The notes under the pieces: model-generated | Seen by the model: the letters and a program-made list of their open reading frames with translations, nothing else | The model's database searches: none | What the model was told of the DNA's origin: nothing | Part shown: positions 36,407-47,540 of the stretch, in pieces | Layout of the letters: every line of letters starts with the position of its first letter | Numbering within the stretch: position 1 is the stretch's first letter | Position numbers and translations under genes: made by a program | Origin: Penicillus capitatus | Taxonomy: Eukaryota; Plantae; Chlorophyta | Direction of reading: 5' to 3' | Assembly: GCA_965649825.1 (NCBI GenBank) | Contig: OZ287705.1 | Coordinates: 62,001-126,000 of the forward strand | DNA: 64,000 nt

Positions 36407-38422
36407 AGGTGTTCGATGCACGGAGACACAGTATCGAATGTCGCCAGAGGACAACGCGTGTCAGCTGTGTCCTCCTAATGCAAACTGTGCATCCGATAAC
36501 GTCATTCAGCCGAACCGAGAGTACTGGCATCCGTATCCGTGCTCCTTACACATGCAGGAATGCCTGAGCCAATCGGCGTGCGATTTTGATCGAGAGGCGC
36601 AGCTGGTCGCCATCACAAAAGATGTGCACGACTGTGATCTCAACGCGGCCATTGAAAGTGCCTATGCCGAAGAACAATGCAACGAGGTCTCGTTTTCCTT
36701 CTCATAACCCCTTTTCTCCTATCTCTCGTGAAGCAGGGATACAGAGGACCGCTTTGTGGTGAATGCAGAAGTGGATACGGTCATACGTCTTCTTGGGACT
36801 GCGACCGATGTGACAAGGACCCGAGCATTGCCTACCTAGTTCTCTCTGTTGTCGTCGTCTTGGCACCCAGCAGCTTCGCCATCAGGAGTAGTCTGGGACC
36901 AGCTCTATCAAGTGGACAAGACATCGCGCGACTCCTTCGCCAAGTGCCAGCACGCAAGCTGATCAGGACCGTTTCTGTTCCGGAAGAACTCCAGTTGGCA
37001 GAACTCGGTGGTCCGTCAAGCAGAGTCGTCTCATCAAGGCGCCAGGCGACCGAGATCGCAGGCAGTCATGGAAGCGACGAAGATAGCCAACTGTCAGCCG
37101 AACTGGCCAAATGGAAACTCGTCGAGATCTTTAAGGTACATACAGCATCAGACGCGGCTCCGTAAAGAATCTCTGTTTCCAGATCACGATCAATTCTTTG
37201 CAGACGATTTCGGTGGTGATATACATCAGCTCCAACTGGACATCCTCGGCAAAGTCGCTGATCTCGGCAACAGGTAGGCCGCCATCGTCCCGCTTTCGGA
37301 TAAGGGACAGACTGTTCGATGGATAGATGTCGTTGGAGGCACGATGTTGAACACGGCGTCCTTTTCCATCGAATGTCTCATTCCGGTGGAGGCCGCCTTC
37401 CCCCGATCCATCCTTCCCCCGATCGTCGCCATAGCCGCTCCAGTTGCCGCTCTCCTCCTGCACGGCGTTTTCTGGTTCAGCGTGGCGATGAGATCCGCAG
37501 AGAGCTGGGAGTATTTGAAGAAGAGGTGGTCATTGAGCTTCCTTGCAGTTTCCTACCTGAGCTGTGTCTGGATCACCAAAAACGCCGTGAATGTGCTTTC
37601 CTGCGTCCGAGTGCGCCAATCCATCCACACAGGCGCAGAAAGCACGAGCTATCGCTGGACACAGACGACCACCGTCAAGTGTTTCGCAGGATCCCATGCC
37701 ATCCTTGTCAGTGTCCTTGGCCTTCCCGTCCTCCTTTTCTTCACGATCGGATTCCCAGTGCTGTTGTCGTGGAAGCTGCGAGAAAGAGAAACCTCGATCC
37801 TTCTCACGAGAGCTGGTTCGTGGATGCCACAGCGTTTCCGTATCGGGCTTACGCCGACAGGTTTGTCTACTGGGAATCCCTTGTCCTCTTCCGAAAAGCG
37901 CCGTTGACGATCGTCGTGGCAGTTGGATACCACCTAGGATCGAACCTCCAAGCCATCCTTGCCGTCTGCATCCTGACCACGGCACTGTACCTGCACACGA
38001 TATGTCATCCCTTCCGAAACGAATTTGCCAGTCTGAATGTGTATGAAGAGGCCGTTCTCTTTTTCTCGGACATTACCTTTGTCATGGCTCTCTTATTCAA
38101 TGACGATCGGATCGGAAATGCTCTGAGGGTAGTGCTATCAGTTTTATTTTTTCTGTCGATCTGTGGACTGTTGGCTTTCTTGGGCTTTGTCTTTTCTCAG
38201 GCAACCTTTGCCTATATGCGTGTCGTACTGGAAATAGAAGAGGTTCCACAGATCGATACGCTTGGCAATTTGCGAGTGATGCGCGAGTTCATGATCTTGA
38301 AAGTGGCGCAGAATGTCCCTCGTACGAGAAGCTTCATTCGTAAATCCAAAGCCGATGAGGAGCAAACAAACATTGGCCTGAACACCAGACGAGATTCGGC
38401 GGGTTTCTCCTCAGGATTGTGA
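36407..38422 (+). pseudogene. 5'-truncated Cys-rich ectodomain + multi-pass (7TM-like) membrane protein gene with frameshift at ~37785
   Basis: ACQLCPPNANC…YWH…C…GYRGPLCGECRSGY followed by many TM segments (…YWESLVLFRK…PF…LNVYE…). The frame changes at …AAGCTGCGAGAAAGAGAAACCTCG between ORFs 37344-37907 and 37319-38422. No start or signal peptide recognised. Confidence 0.7.
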
Positions 38423-39367
38423 CCGTCGCAAACGATGGCCTCGAGCCTTGTATTCATGTCACAGACGGTTGTCGCGTGTTATGAGAGATCTCTTTGAAAG
38501 AATAACACTTCTCGGACTGTCGGTTCCCTGCCATGCGTAACTGCGGTTAACGAGACATTCAGAATAGCGTCCAGAAAGACGAAAAAGCCACCGACGATCC
38601 ATCTCCGGGGCGACGGACGTCCGACGCGACTCCTCGGGTCGCATCGGCCGTCGCGTCGCGGGCCGCGCCATTGTTCGACTTCCTGAATGTGTTCTTATGA
38701 ATCTTAATGAAATCATCAGGTAAGGCTCAAGGGCCGATGCGCTGCTCATGCACTTCGTCCTTGATCTAGTAGTGCTGGCAGGCGACACTGTTTGATACGA
38801 GACTCTCTACATACACAACGACAAACGGGCTTCTTCCAGTCACCTCTGCGAAACAGAAGTGCAATCTCTACTCAGGCAACAAATATCACACTAGGCAGAA
38901 TAAGACAGTGAATAGAAACGGGATTGCTGTGCTGTATCGATTGTCACCAATCGATCGACCGAACGAACGAACGAACGCCGTTCTGGGTTCATCGAGCACA
39001 TGTTTCAGAAAGAGTTGAATGCGCACATGGACGACCTCCGGTCTCGTCTGCGCCCGAACCAAAACGAAAACAAGACACACCCAAGTGCAGCAACAAGGAC
39101 GACGGAGACCAAAACTTGGGTACTGCATACAGAGAAGGATAACACCGATCAAAAATTGCCCTCTCCCCCGCGCTCTCCCAGGCAAGAATGCGCATTTCAG
39201 CTTGGTCTGTGTTTGCTAGACGTACAGTACAGGAAAGAAAACTGACTACACAACGAGGGGCGATGTCGCCCGTTTCCTAGAGGCTGCTGGATTTCAAGAG
39301 GTCACAGAAATCGTACGGATCCAATCCGACAATCTTCCTCGTGGTCTTCTTCGGCAGGGCCGACATC

Positions 39368-41309
39368 ATGGAGGATGTCGACTCCGTCGGCGTCGAACCG
39401 CCTAAGAGACGAGAGAGTCCGCCGTCGTCGCAGAAGGACGTCTCGTTACCGGAGGAGGATGCCGTCGGACGATGCATCATCGTCGCGGTGGGAGTCTTCG
39501 TCCAGAAGGCCCGTCCGAATTCTTCGACGGCTGCACGCGAACGACATTGTGCGCTGCGCGTTGCGTCTCTAATGCGCTCACCGTCTTCTTCTGCACGGAG
39601 GCTGAAGTCATTGAAGCTGGGGGACGCGGAGAGCTGTCTCGGACTGGAGTGCTTCGTCGAGAGCGGTTCCGGACAGCGAGGGTCGCGAGGTCCTCCGGCG
39701 CCTGCGTCGTGGGACAGGCTTCTGGCCAATCTGCGGACGAACGAGGTCATGGTGTGTGGGGAGACGTATGTGCGTTCGACTTCCAGTTCGTTTGAAATGG
39801 AGCAGAAGGATAGATGGAGTGCGTACGTGCGCGTGCGCTTTCGCCGAGATCTGTCACATCACGCAACACCATCGGCTCGTTCGGCGAACAGTACGAGATG
39901 GCCGAGCCGTTCGCTCCCGGACAGCTGCTCAACGAGGGACGCTACCGAATCGTCCGCGAAATCAACCGTAAGACGGACGGCGTCCACTGTGCCGAGACGC
40001 TGTCGAGGCGTGCAGGCGGAGCGACAGCTGTCGTCTACGAGGCGGAAGACAGCGCCAGAGGCAGCGGTCGCGTTGCCCTCAAGGTCACGTCGTACAGTAC
40101 AGCCGAGAAGGCGAGGTCGACGCATGCGTGCCCGTGCGAAGGTGATGAATCTCGCGGAGCATCAGCAGAGTCTCTCGTTCAAGATGGTCAAACGCGAAGT
40201 GTGGTCTCACTCTTATCGAAAACGACGGTTGACATTGACTGCTGTGACGACAGGTTGAGTACGCCAGCTCCGTACGTCACCCCAACATCGTTCGGCTGCT
40301 CGACGTCTTCGCCGATGGGGACCACCTCATCCTCTCCGTCAGTCGCCTGTCCTGGTCGCCAGAATCGCTGACGGCGTGTTCGTTTGATCGCAGTGGGAGC
40401 TGATCGAGGGGAAGGACCTGCTGGACCTGCTGGAAGACGTGGGGGGCCGCATGCCGGAGGACATGGCCGCCTTCTTCGTCCATCTCATCCTCAGGGGCGT
40501 CTCCTTCATGCACGAGAAGGCATACTGCCATCGCGATCTGAAGCCGGAGAACTGCATGGTGGAGAAGAAGACGCAGAATCTGAAGATCGTCGACTTCGGG
40601 CTGTCGAAGCACCTCGATCTGGCCAACACGCTCGGGCACGGTTTCGATCGGCCACGCATCTTCTGTGCCGAGCGCGTCTCGTTCTAGGGTCGGCACGCCG
40701 GATTACATGGCGCCCGAGATGCTGGGGGCAGCGGACGAGCCGGAACCGAAGGAGGGACCCAGATACGATGCGACCGCCGTCGACGTGTGGAGCATAGGCG
40801 TTACGCTCTACCTCCTGGTCGCGGGGGCCTATCCCTTCGAAGTGCGATCGCAGTCGGGCGGCGGGTTCAGCGTCATCTCCGCTGTGCTGCTCTAGGATCC
40901 AGAGCATCCAAGCAGTATGGGTCACACCGTGGCCAACATCAAGAGGAACTCGATAAGGCCCTTTCCGTCCGAGGTCTCGTCGGAGTGTCGATCCCTGATC
41001 CGCTCTCTCCTGTCCCCGTCTGCTAGGAACCGTCCCCGTCTCAGAGAGATCTCCGAGAATAAATGGCTGTGCAAGAACGCCAAATCCTACGCGATCAAGA
41101 TACGAAGACCAGAGCTCTTTGTGCCGTCGTTGCGTCAGAGAGTCCGATTCCGTGATCGTTCGCCCAGCATCTCGTCGAAGGGACAAGAATCGCCTGGACT
41201 GGTGATGGATGACGTCGAAGAGATCCCTCGTCCGTCGGGGTGCTTCGGAGGACATCGCATCCTCCGACGTCTCTCTTCTCTTCTCGGTCGATTGGCGGCG
41301 AAGAAATAA
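39368..41309 (+). CDS. Ser/Thr protein kinase, SnRK2/CAMK-like, with N-terminal extension (copy 1)
   Basis: Spliced: INR|GATAVVY…VALK|VMNL…KRE|[19 protein letters not shown]…HRDLKPEN…IVDFGLSK…LG|[10 protein letters not shown]…[20 protein letters not shown]|DP. All catalytic motifs intact. Confidence 0.9.
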
Positions 41310-44300
41310 CAGCGAGTCTGCCAATCCCTTCGATCGCGACGCTTAGAATTTCATTACTGAACAGTTAGCTGTGCTGTAAAGCGATGTTTTTTCATTGCCT
41401 TGCCAACAGTCTCCCTCAGAATCGCAAGGAAACCACATCACCTAGAAATCGACGGCCACAGGTGCGGATTCACCTAATTCTGTCTTGTGCATGATCCGGT
41501 CACGTCATGAGCGTCGTGCAGGAGTTCTTGCAGATCGAATTCTTTTATACTCGATTCTCCTTTCTGAAATATGAATCCACGATCCTTTGACATAGAATTT
41601 GATTCTGAGCTTCGACTGTGAAAATGGCGTCGCTCCACTCTCATATGTAAAATAACTGTCACCGATCATCCATCATAGAACAAGGCGCTTCGATGGTCGT
41701 GATGCTGATGGATACACCAGGGTCATCTCTAGACCAATGAATCGCAGACAATGACGTCCTGATGTTTGTTAATCAATATCGGTGCCACTGTAGCTAGAAT
41801 GTGCTTCTGCGGAAAGGACACGATCATCGTTGTTCGTAGCAATTGATCATATGCGACGAACTCTCTGACTTGCAGCGTAGTCATGGAAGGGATAGTTGGC
41901 AGAACAGACCGCGTCTACACTTTCTTAGCCGTCTTCATCGATATGGCCTTTTCCTTGTCGAACACCACAGAATGCTATCACGCTCTTGATGTGGACAGTC
42001 GTTTCTGTCAAACTTGCTGAGGCATTGATCTTCACGTTTTCTGCAAACATCTTCTCCTCGTACTCATACTGTGTACGGATACACGACTGGCTACTCTGAA
42101 GTAGTTGAAGTAGTTACAGGAGTCAGGATATTCGACCAGACGACATAGGCCCGTCAAGAGCGGTCCAGACCACGGCTGCCCTGTTGTCGGCTCGTTTAAA
42201 ATGTCATACTTCGGATGCATCTCCCTAAAATTCAGGAAGTCCGTAGGAGACGCTGCGAATCTGCCCACGATATTACAACGTGTCCAATATGCTGATGTGC
42301 TGCATTCTGGGAATTCCTTGACTAGGATGCTGATTCGCGAGAGAACTGGCGGATGTTCTGTCAGGCCGATCGGTCTAAGGCTAATATTCTTAATTAGCCG
42401 AGAAACGGAAATTCGTGTCGGCTGCAAAGTTTGTGCGATGTGATCTTCGTCCGATGGAAAGATGACGGTATAACGGCCGGCGTTTTGATCGTTGTTGCTG
42501 GTAGTGCCCATTTAGGTCGAATGCAGATCGTCGGTACGATCAGATCTGCTGAGACGACGTCACATCAGTCCATCATACCGTCGACTGCACCTCGGAATCA
42601 ACAAGCGTCGATCTGGCGCTGTGAACGCCGATCTGGTCGGACTTCTTGCCATCGTCGGCAAAAACTCCAATGATATCGTTCGATCGGGACGATGAGATGT
42701 GGACGCGATTCGGCAATAGTCGTTCGAAACCTATCGGTGCGCTTTCGATCGTATTGATCTGTCGTCGACTCTTGGGAAGAAATCCGTTCAGATCATGCTG
42801 CATAACATTAAGTTCATCATAGGCGCACGAACAAAACGACGACCTTTGTAATAAACCTGCGTCAAACAGAAAATAAAGGTAGGGAGGATGTGACAGTCAT
42901 CAAATGCATACTAACGATCAAAAGGCGACGCCGCCATTTCTTCTCTGTAACGGCACGTCACATCAAACAAGTCGTGTGTCTCGTAGCGTATCGGGAAGTT
43001 CTTGACCATATCGATCTGTTTCGCAAGGGACAGAGGACGCACAAGGTAAAGGAAGATGAAACAAGCCGACGTTGCAGGAAAACTCAATCAAGTGCAGCGA
43101 TCGCCGAAATGACGACCGTCGTCGAACGTCGCATCAACACCAAGCGAATGTACATACGCTCAGAATTCGTAGTCAGCCGCCAGCCGTCGCACAAGCAGAG
43201 AAACAGGAAACGCTGAGTGACAATTTTCTGCTGTCAAGGACGATAGGCACGCGGCCGGCGACGTATAGATACCTAGCTGCACTCAAGCAATTCTGTTTGT
43301 GCGCCGTCCATTTCTAATTGTAGAGCACCACCGCTACCTACCGCTAGTCGCGAATAAAACGCAGTATTTGTCGAGTGCCTGTTACAATACACTACGTCGT
43401 GCACCATCAAGTGGCGTTGTCTGTGTTGTTGTGTGTACGACGAAACCGTAGATAGGAAAAGACTTGTCATGACTAAAGCTCAGGTAAAAGAAGACACATC
43501 CAAGACAACTACTCAGTCATTCGCACGGCTTCAGCTGTCTTTCAGCTGGCCACGCATGTCTTTAACTATCCGTCGGCATCTAACAGCTGGCGTCGAAAGT
43601 GTTCAGAAGTTATTGGCATCGTGAATTATACAGGCTACCAAATAACTACACGTGCACTACTCTCAACACTTTGAACAGCAAGCGCCTGTTATAAGAGAAA
43701 CCGGCAAGTCAAATGCCACATACGAAAGAAATGAGATTCGATGAACTGTTTTTCATGGCTCTGACACCGTGTATTTTTCAATCGCGATTGTTTAGAGAGG
43801 CTGCTGCCAATACGTTTGGCGACGTCTACCGCAATCGGGACGAAATGCTTTACGCCCAGCGCTGCGCGTGCTTTGCGCGATGAAGGGTTCTATCCGTACG
43901 ATTATAGGCAAATTGTGGTCGTTCCGTCCGACCGGAGGAATGAAGTAAAACATAGCGCCATTTTGCAAGTGCTTCGAGTGAACGAGCACACGAAGAACCT
44001 AATCAAGACTGTCCCGTTCATTCCAAACCCGGACGGACAGCATGGTGATACGTCACGTCTGACGCGTCTTTAACTGTAGTGTCTGTTTTTGTTTGTTTCT
44101 TAACATGTATGTGAAAGCGATGGAGCACGGCTGTTCTGTAATTAGTGCTAGTGGACCGTTCGCATCTGGCGGCTGATCTCATAGGCAATGGAATAGGACT
44201 CTTTCTATCGTCTTCTTTGACATTCGACTATGTTATGCGTGAAATATTATCTCAAAGAGAACCGATACGAATCAAAGAACAAGTTCCGAGGGACTCGTTT

Positions 44301-45006
44301 TGACGAACGGCAATGTCTTACTCAAAACTTTGGCCTCGATAAATGCCTTTTGTTCTCTGTGGAGATTCCCCGCTAGTTTCCGGTTATGCGTTGTGTGAGC
44401 TAAACTCATACTCCAAATCGTTATAGATTCGAAAATCAAGTATCGCTGCCCGTCTTCGTAATCGAATCCGCACTGCCCCCTTATTTTTGGGTAACGGTGT
44501 TTGGCAAAAAGTCTGTATCCACGACGATCAACGAAATGAAAAAATGCGCTCACAAAGCCATGTTCGCGATGGTAAGTATGAAAGGGAAGACGCAGCAAGG
44601 CCTGTGCGTTTTAGACAGAGTTCGATAGACGGTTGTTTCGTCTCGCAGAACCGCCTCGCTCGGTCTGCACCCCTTCGGCGTTGTCATCCGAGTTGCGCTG
44701 CGACATGGAAAAACCTTCTAACCAACCAAGTGAATGGATAATGTGATGTACTCGGGATCGCGTTGGCGCTTCAGTCTTGACTCCTTTTGTTCTGTCGGAC
44801 AAACATCTCTACCGCTTTACTCCAAGAATGCTCTCCGAACAGCGACCAGATCATGACGCATGTGTGAGTTAGTTTCAGTGATGTTGTCGCACATTCAGCA
44901 TCAGCAAAGACTGCACGAGCCTCTTTCGGCGCTCAAAAACCAAGGATCCAGTGACAGACGATTCTTTCAGGTGAGAAAACGATTCCACTGTCCATTGGAG
45001 CATTTT

Positions 45007-45142
45007 GTCGCCGATCGTCGATCGATCATCACCCACCGTCGCCGATCGGCGATCGATCATCACCCACCGTCGCCGATCGTCGATCGATCATCACCCACCG
45101 TCGCCGATCGTCGATCGATCATCACCCACCGTCGCCGATCGT
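45007..45142. repeat. 31-bp minisatellite, ~4.4 copies
   Basis: Unit GTCGCCGATCGTCGATCGATCATCACCCACC at 45007, 45038, 45069, 45100 plus a partial copy; one substitution seen; no spacers. Confidence 0.95.
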
Positions 45143-45310
45143 ACTAACTATTTGGACGAACGACATCGACTCTGATGTGCCAGGCGACCGTTTTTTGCCG
45201 ACTCCATATCGACCCGCTTCCGAAGCTCGAGATGTCTTTGCTGAGCTCGTGGCACTGTTCCAAGAACGGATTGTCATTATCGATGGAGCGATGTGCAGTT
45301 GCGTCCGGAC

Positions 45311-45542
45311 CTCGTCCTCGAATTTACGGTTCGGCGTGTGAAAGATACTCCTTCCTCCCTTCCCAGTGCCGCTTGGGTCTCCGTCCTGTATCATTAAGCC
45401 CTTGATATTGCGATGGAGCAGCGTCCCGTCGCAGTAATTACTGATACACAGCAAGCAAGGAAGTTCTCTGCCACAAGCAGCGTCTCCTCGCAGAAGATCT
45501 CCATCTTGATATCGCCAGGCTCGTGTGCAGACTCACCGACAT
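45311..45542 (-). pseudogene. PPIL3/CYP18-1-type cyclophilin, 5' fragment only, two frameshifts
   Basis: ATG TCG GTG AGT CTG CAC ACG AGC CTG G-C GAT ATC AAG (MSVSLHTSL(G)[10 protein letters not shown]…ENFLA), second frameshift, then [32 protein letters not shown]…KFEDE. The downstream half of the domain is not recognisable. Confidence 0.8.
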
Positions 45543-46726
45543 CTTTTGGCGAATCACATCGCCGACGGCCGGCGCAGGTACGGGACGTCTTATACGGCGA
45601 TGGATACGACACGTCAGCCGAATACGAATCGTGTCTCACAGCCAGCCGCCTGAGTGAACGTGGAGCATCGTGTGAAGCTGCATGTCTCGTAAGGCGGAGG
45701 GACACGTAAGTCAGCACCTAACAACGCCATTCTCTGACAGGCGCTTTCGAGACAGCTTCTGTCGACTCCTCGTGAAAAACGTGTTTCGCCGGTTCTTTAT
45801 GGATGGCGTCTGGCTTCCTTGTCCTGGCCTCGATTCTAGCTCAATTATGTCTTTATCTCCTAATCCTCTCGTATCTTTGGTTCTGTTACCCCAAGAAGAA
45901 GAAGCATCCAGCAAAGCATAAGTTGAAGGTGTGACGCCATCGTCAGCCAGACATGCGATGACAGCACGTCCGTGTGTCATCAGAACGAGGTCGTAATGAT
46001 AAACGGCAGGCAACGAACACCTTCCGAAAAGATCAAGGCATGGATGGCAACAGCAGAGTTCAGGATACGACCTGAGCCGGACGTCGAATTGGGCTTTCCT
46101 GTTGCGCGGACTGTCTATGCAGAGAACATCGAGACACCCCGACTCAGAGGTCTGTTAAGTCTCTCTCTGGATCAAGCATCGTGTAGTCATCGTGGTTTTG
46201 CTCTAGGGGCTAGTGCTTTAGAAAGACCGGTCATTGCTTCTGATGGAGAGGTGGAACAAACGAACGAGGCATCTCGCGAAGAAGCAGAGCAGTCGAGTCC
46301 TTCTTCATCATCTCCATCAGGTACACTCTCTACGGCTGGCGGCGCTAGTTAACGGGATGCTGGTGCGTCTGCATCGACGGGATGGACTGGGAGTGTGAAT
46401 GGACGTCTGAATAAACAACGTATCAGTCGTGGTCTGACGTGACATTGATCATCAAACTATGCGACACCCAACAGAGTCTAGGCTGGTTAGGGCAGTCAGT
46501 CCTATCTTGACGGTGACCGGACAGTCATTACAATGAACTTTTGCGATGTTGTTGTGTTGGGCGTACTTGGTTACCTTCGTAACTCCAGAGGTGACAGACG
46601 TCGACTACCCTGTAAATCGTCATCGTTCGAATTGAAGATGACAGCGACTGGCGATGCATGGACGGACAGACGAATGTTCGCGAACGCACAAACGCGTTCT
46701 GAGAGAAGATCCCTTCGACGCTTCTG

Positions 46727-47264
46727 ATGGCGTCGTCGACTCTGGGCTGCCGTCTCGCGAAGTGTAGCGTACCGAAGAGGGACAGAGCTCCACCGGTCAG
46801 CGGTCGTAGAGTTCTCCACGCACAGGCGTCGATCTCCCGCGTTGAATGGCACGACAAGGCCTTCCACGTCAAGCCATTGCCCTAACTCGCCGGCATGGCC
46901 ATGGCTGCAGTGCTTGTCTGCGCCAGTCGAAGCGGGTGTCGTCTTGGAGCAGTCGCAACTCAAACGCATCGACACGTCGACAGAGACAGAAAAGGCTCCG
47001 GCCCCTGTCATGAAAGCAGCGCCGCCTGTGGCATCCAGTTCATCGATGGGAGGCGGTCTGAACATCGACGTCGGCCTCCTGTCGCTACCATTGACACTCG
47101 GTGGATGTGCGGCACTCTACGTGGCAGCATCCAGATTGGATTCAGATTTCGAAGACTTTATGTATCTGACCTGGCTCAAGGACTCCGCCGCCAACGGCAT
47201 CGGATACGAGGAGGTGTACAAATCGACGGACTACTCTGCCAATGTGAAATCCCGCAAGAGATGA
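46727..47264 (+). CDS. Predicted plastid-targeted single-pass membrane protein of unknown function
   Basis: MASSTLGCRLAKCSVPKRDRAPPVSGRRVLHAQAS (transit-peptide-like), 43-nt GT…CTAAC…CAG intron, one hydrophobic helix (VGLLSLPLTLGGCAALYVAA), then acidic DFEDFM…KDS…GIGYE. Confidence 0.55.
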
Positions 47265-47540
47265 TCGCCTCCCAGCCGGAGCTTATCAGATGCCCACATC
47301 GGGCAGGAATCTCTTCTTTGGTCGGTGTATGGGTTTTGTGCTTAGTGGCGAGACATGTCCGTGTTCTTTGAAAGCCTCGATCCTTTTCCGGCCGTCACAC
47401 GATTTCCAATCAGCCAGTGGCTTCGGATGCGCGCCGCCGAACGTGGCAAGTGGATGACGTCACTTCATTCATGCTGCCAAAGTGGACGCTAAAATCCGCT
47501 CACTGTTCCAGCGATTATTGTTCCGACGTACGCATCCCCC

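Larger units (their letters stand above)
30885..41453 (+). repeat. Left arm of ~10.6-kb inverted duplication (older, weaker homology extends to at least ~30140 within the PPR gene)
   Basis: Reverse-complement identity with 50992-63245, e.g. 41330-41453 vs 50992-51115 and 30899-31140 vs 62990-63230. Paired ORFs appear on opposite strands throughout the ORF track. Confidence 0.97.

Noticed and set aside
8673-41324. Long opposite-strand ORFs such as 8673-9365, 26310-27296, 26470-27183 and 40506-41324
   Set aside because: They are shadows of GC-rich coding exons on the other strand or frame, with no recognisable motifs.
45007-45142. 31-bp repeats as a CRISPR array
   Set aside because: Repeats are head-to-tail with no spacers, there are no cas genes, and the context is eukaryotic.
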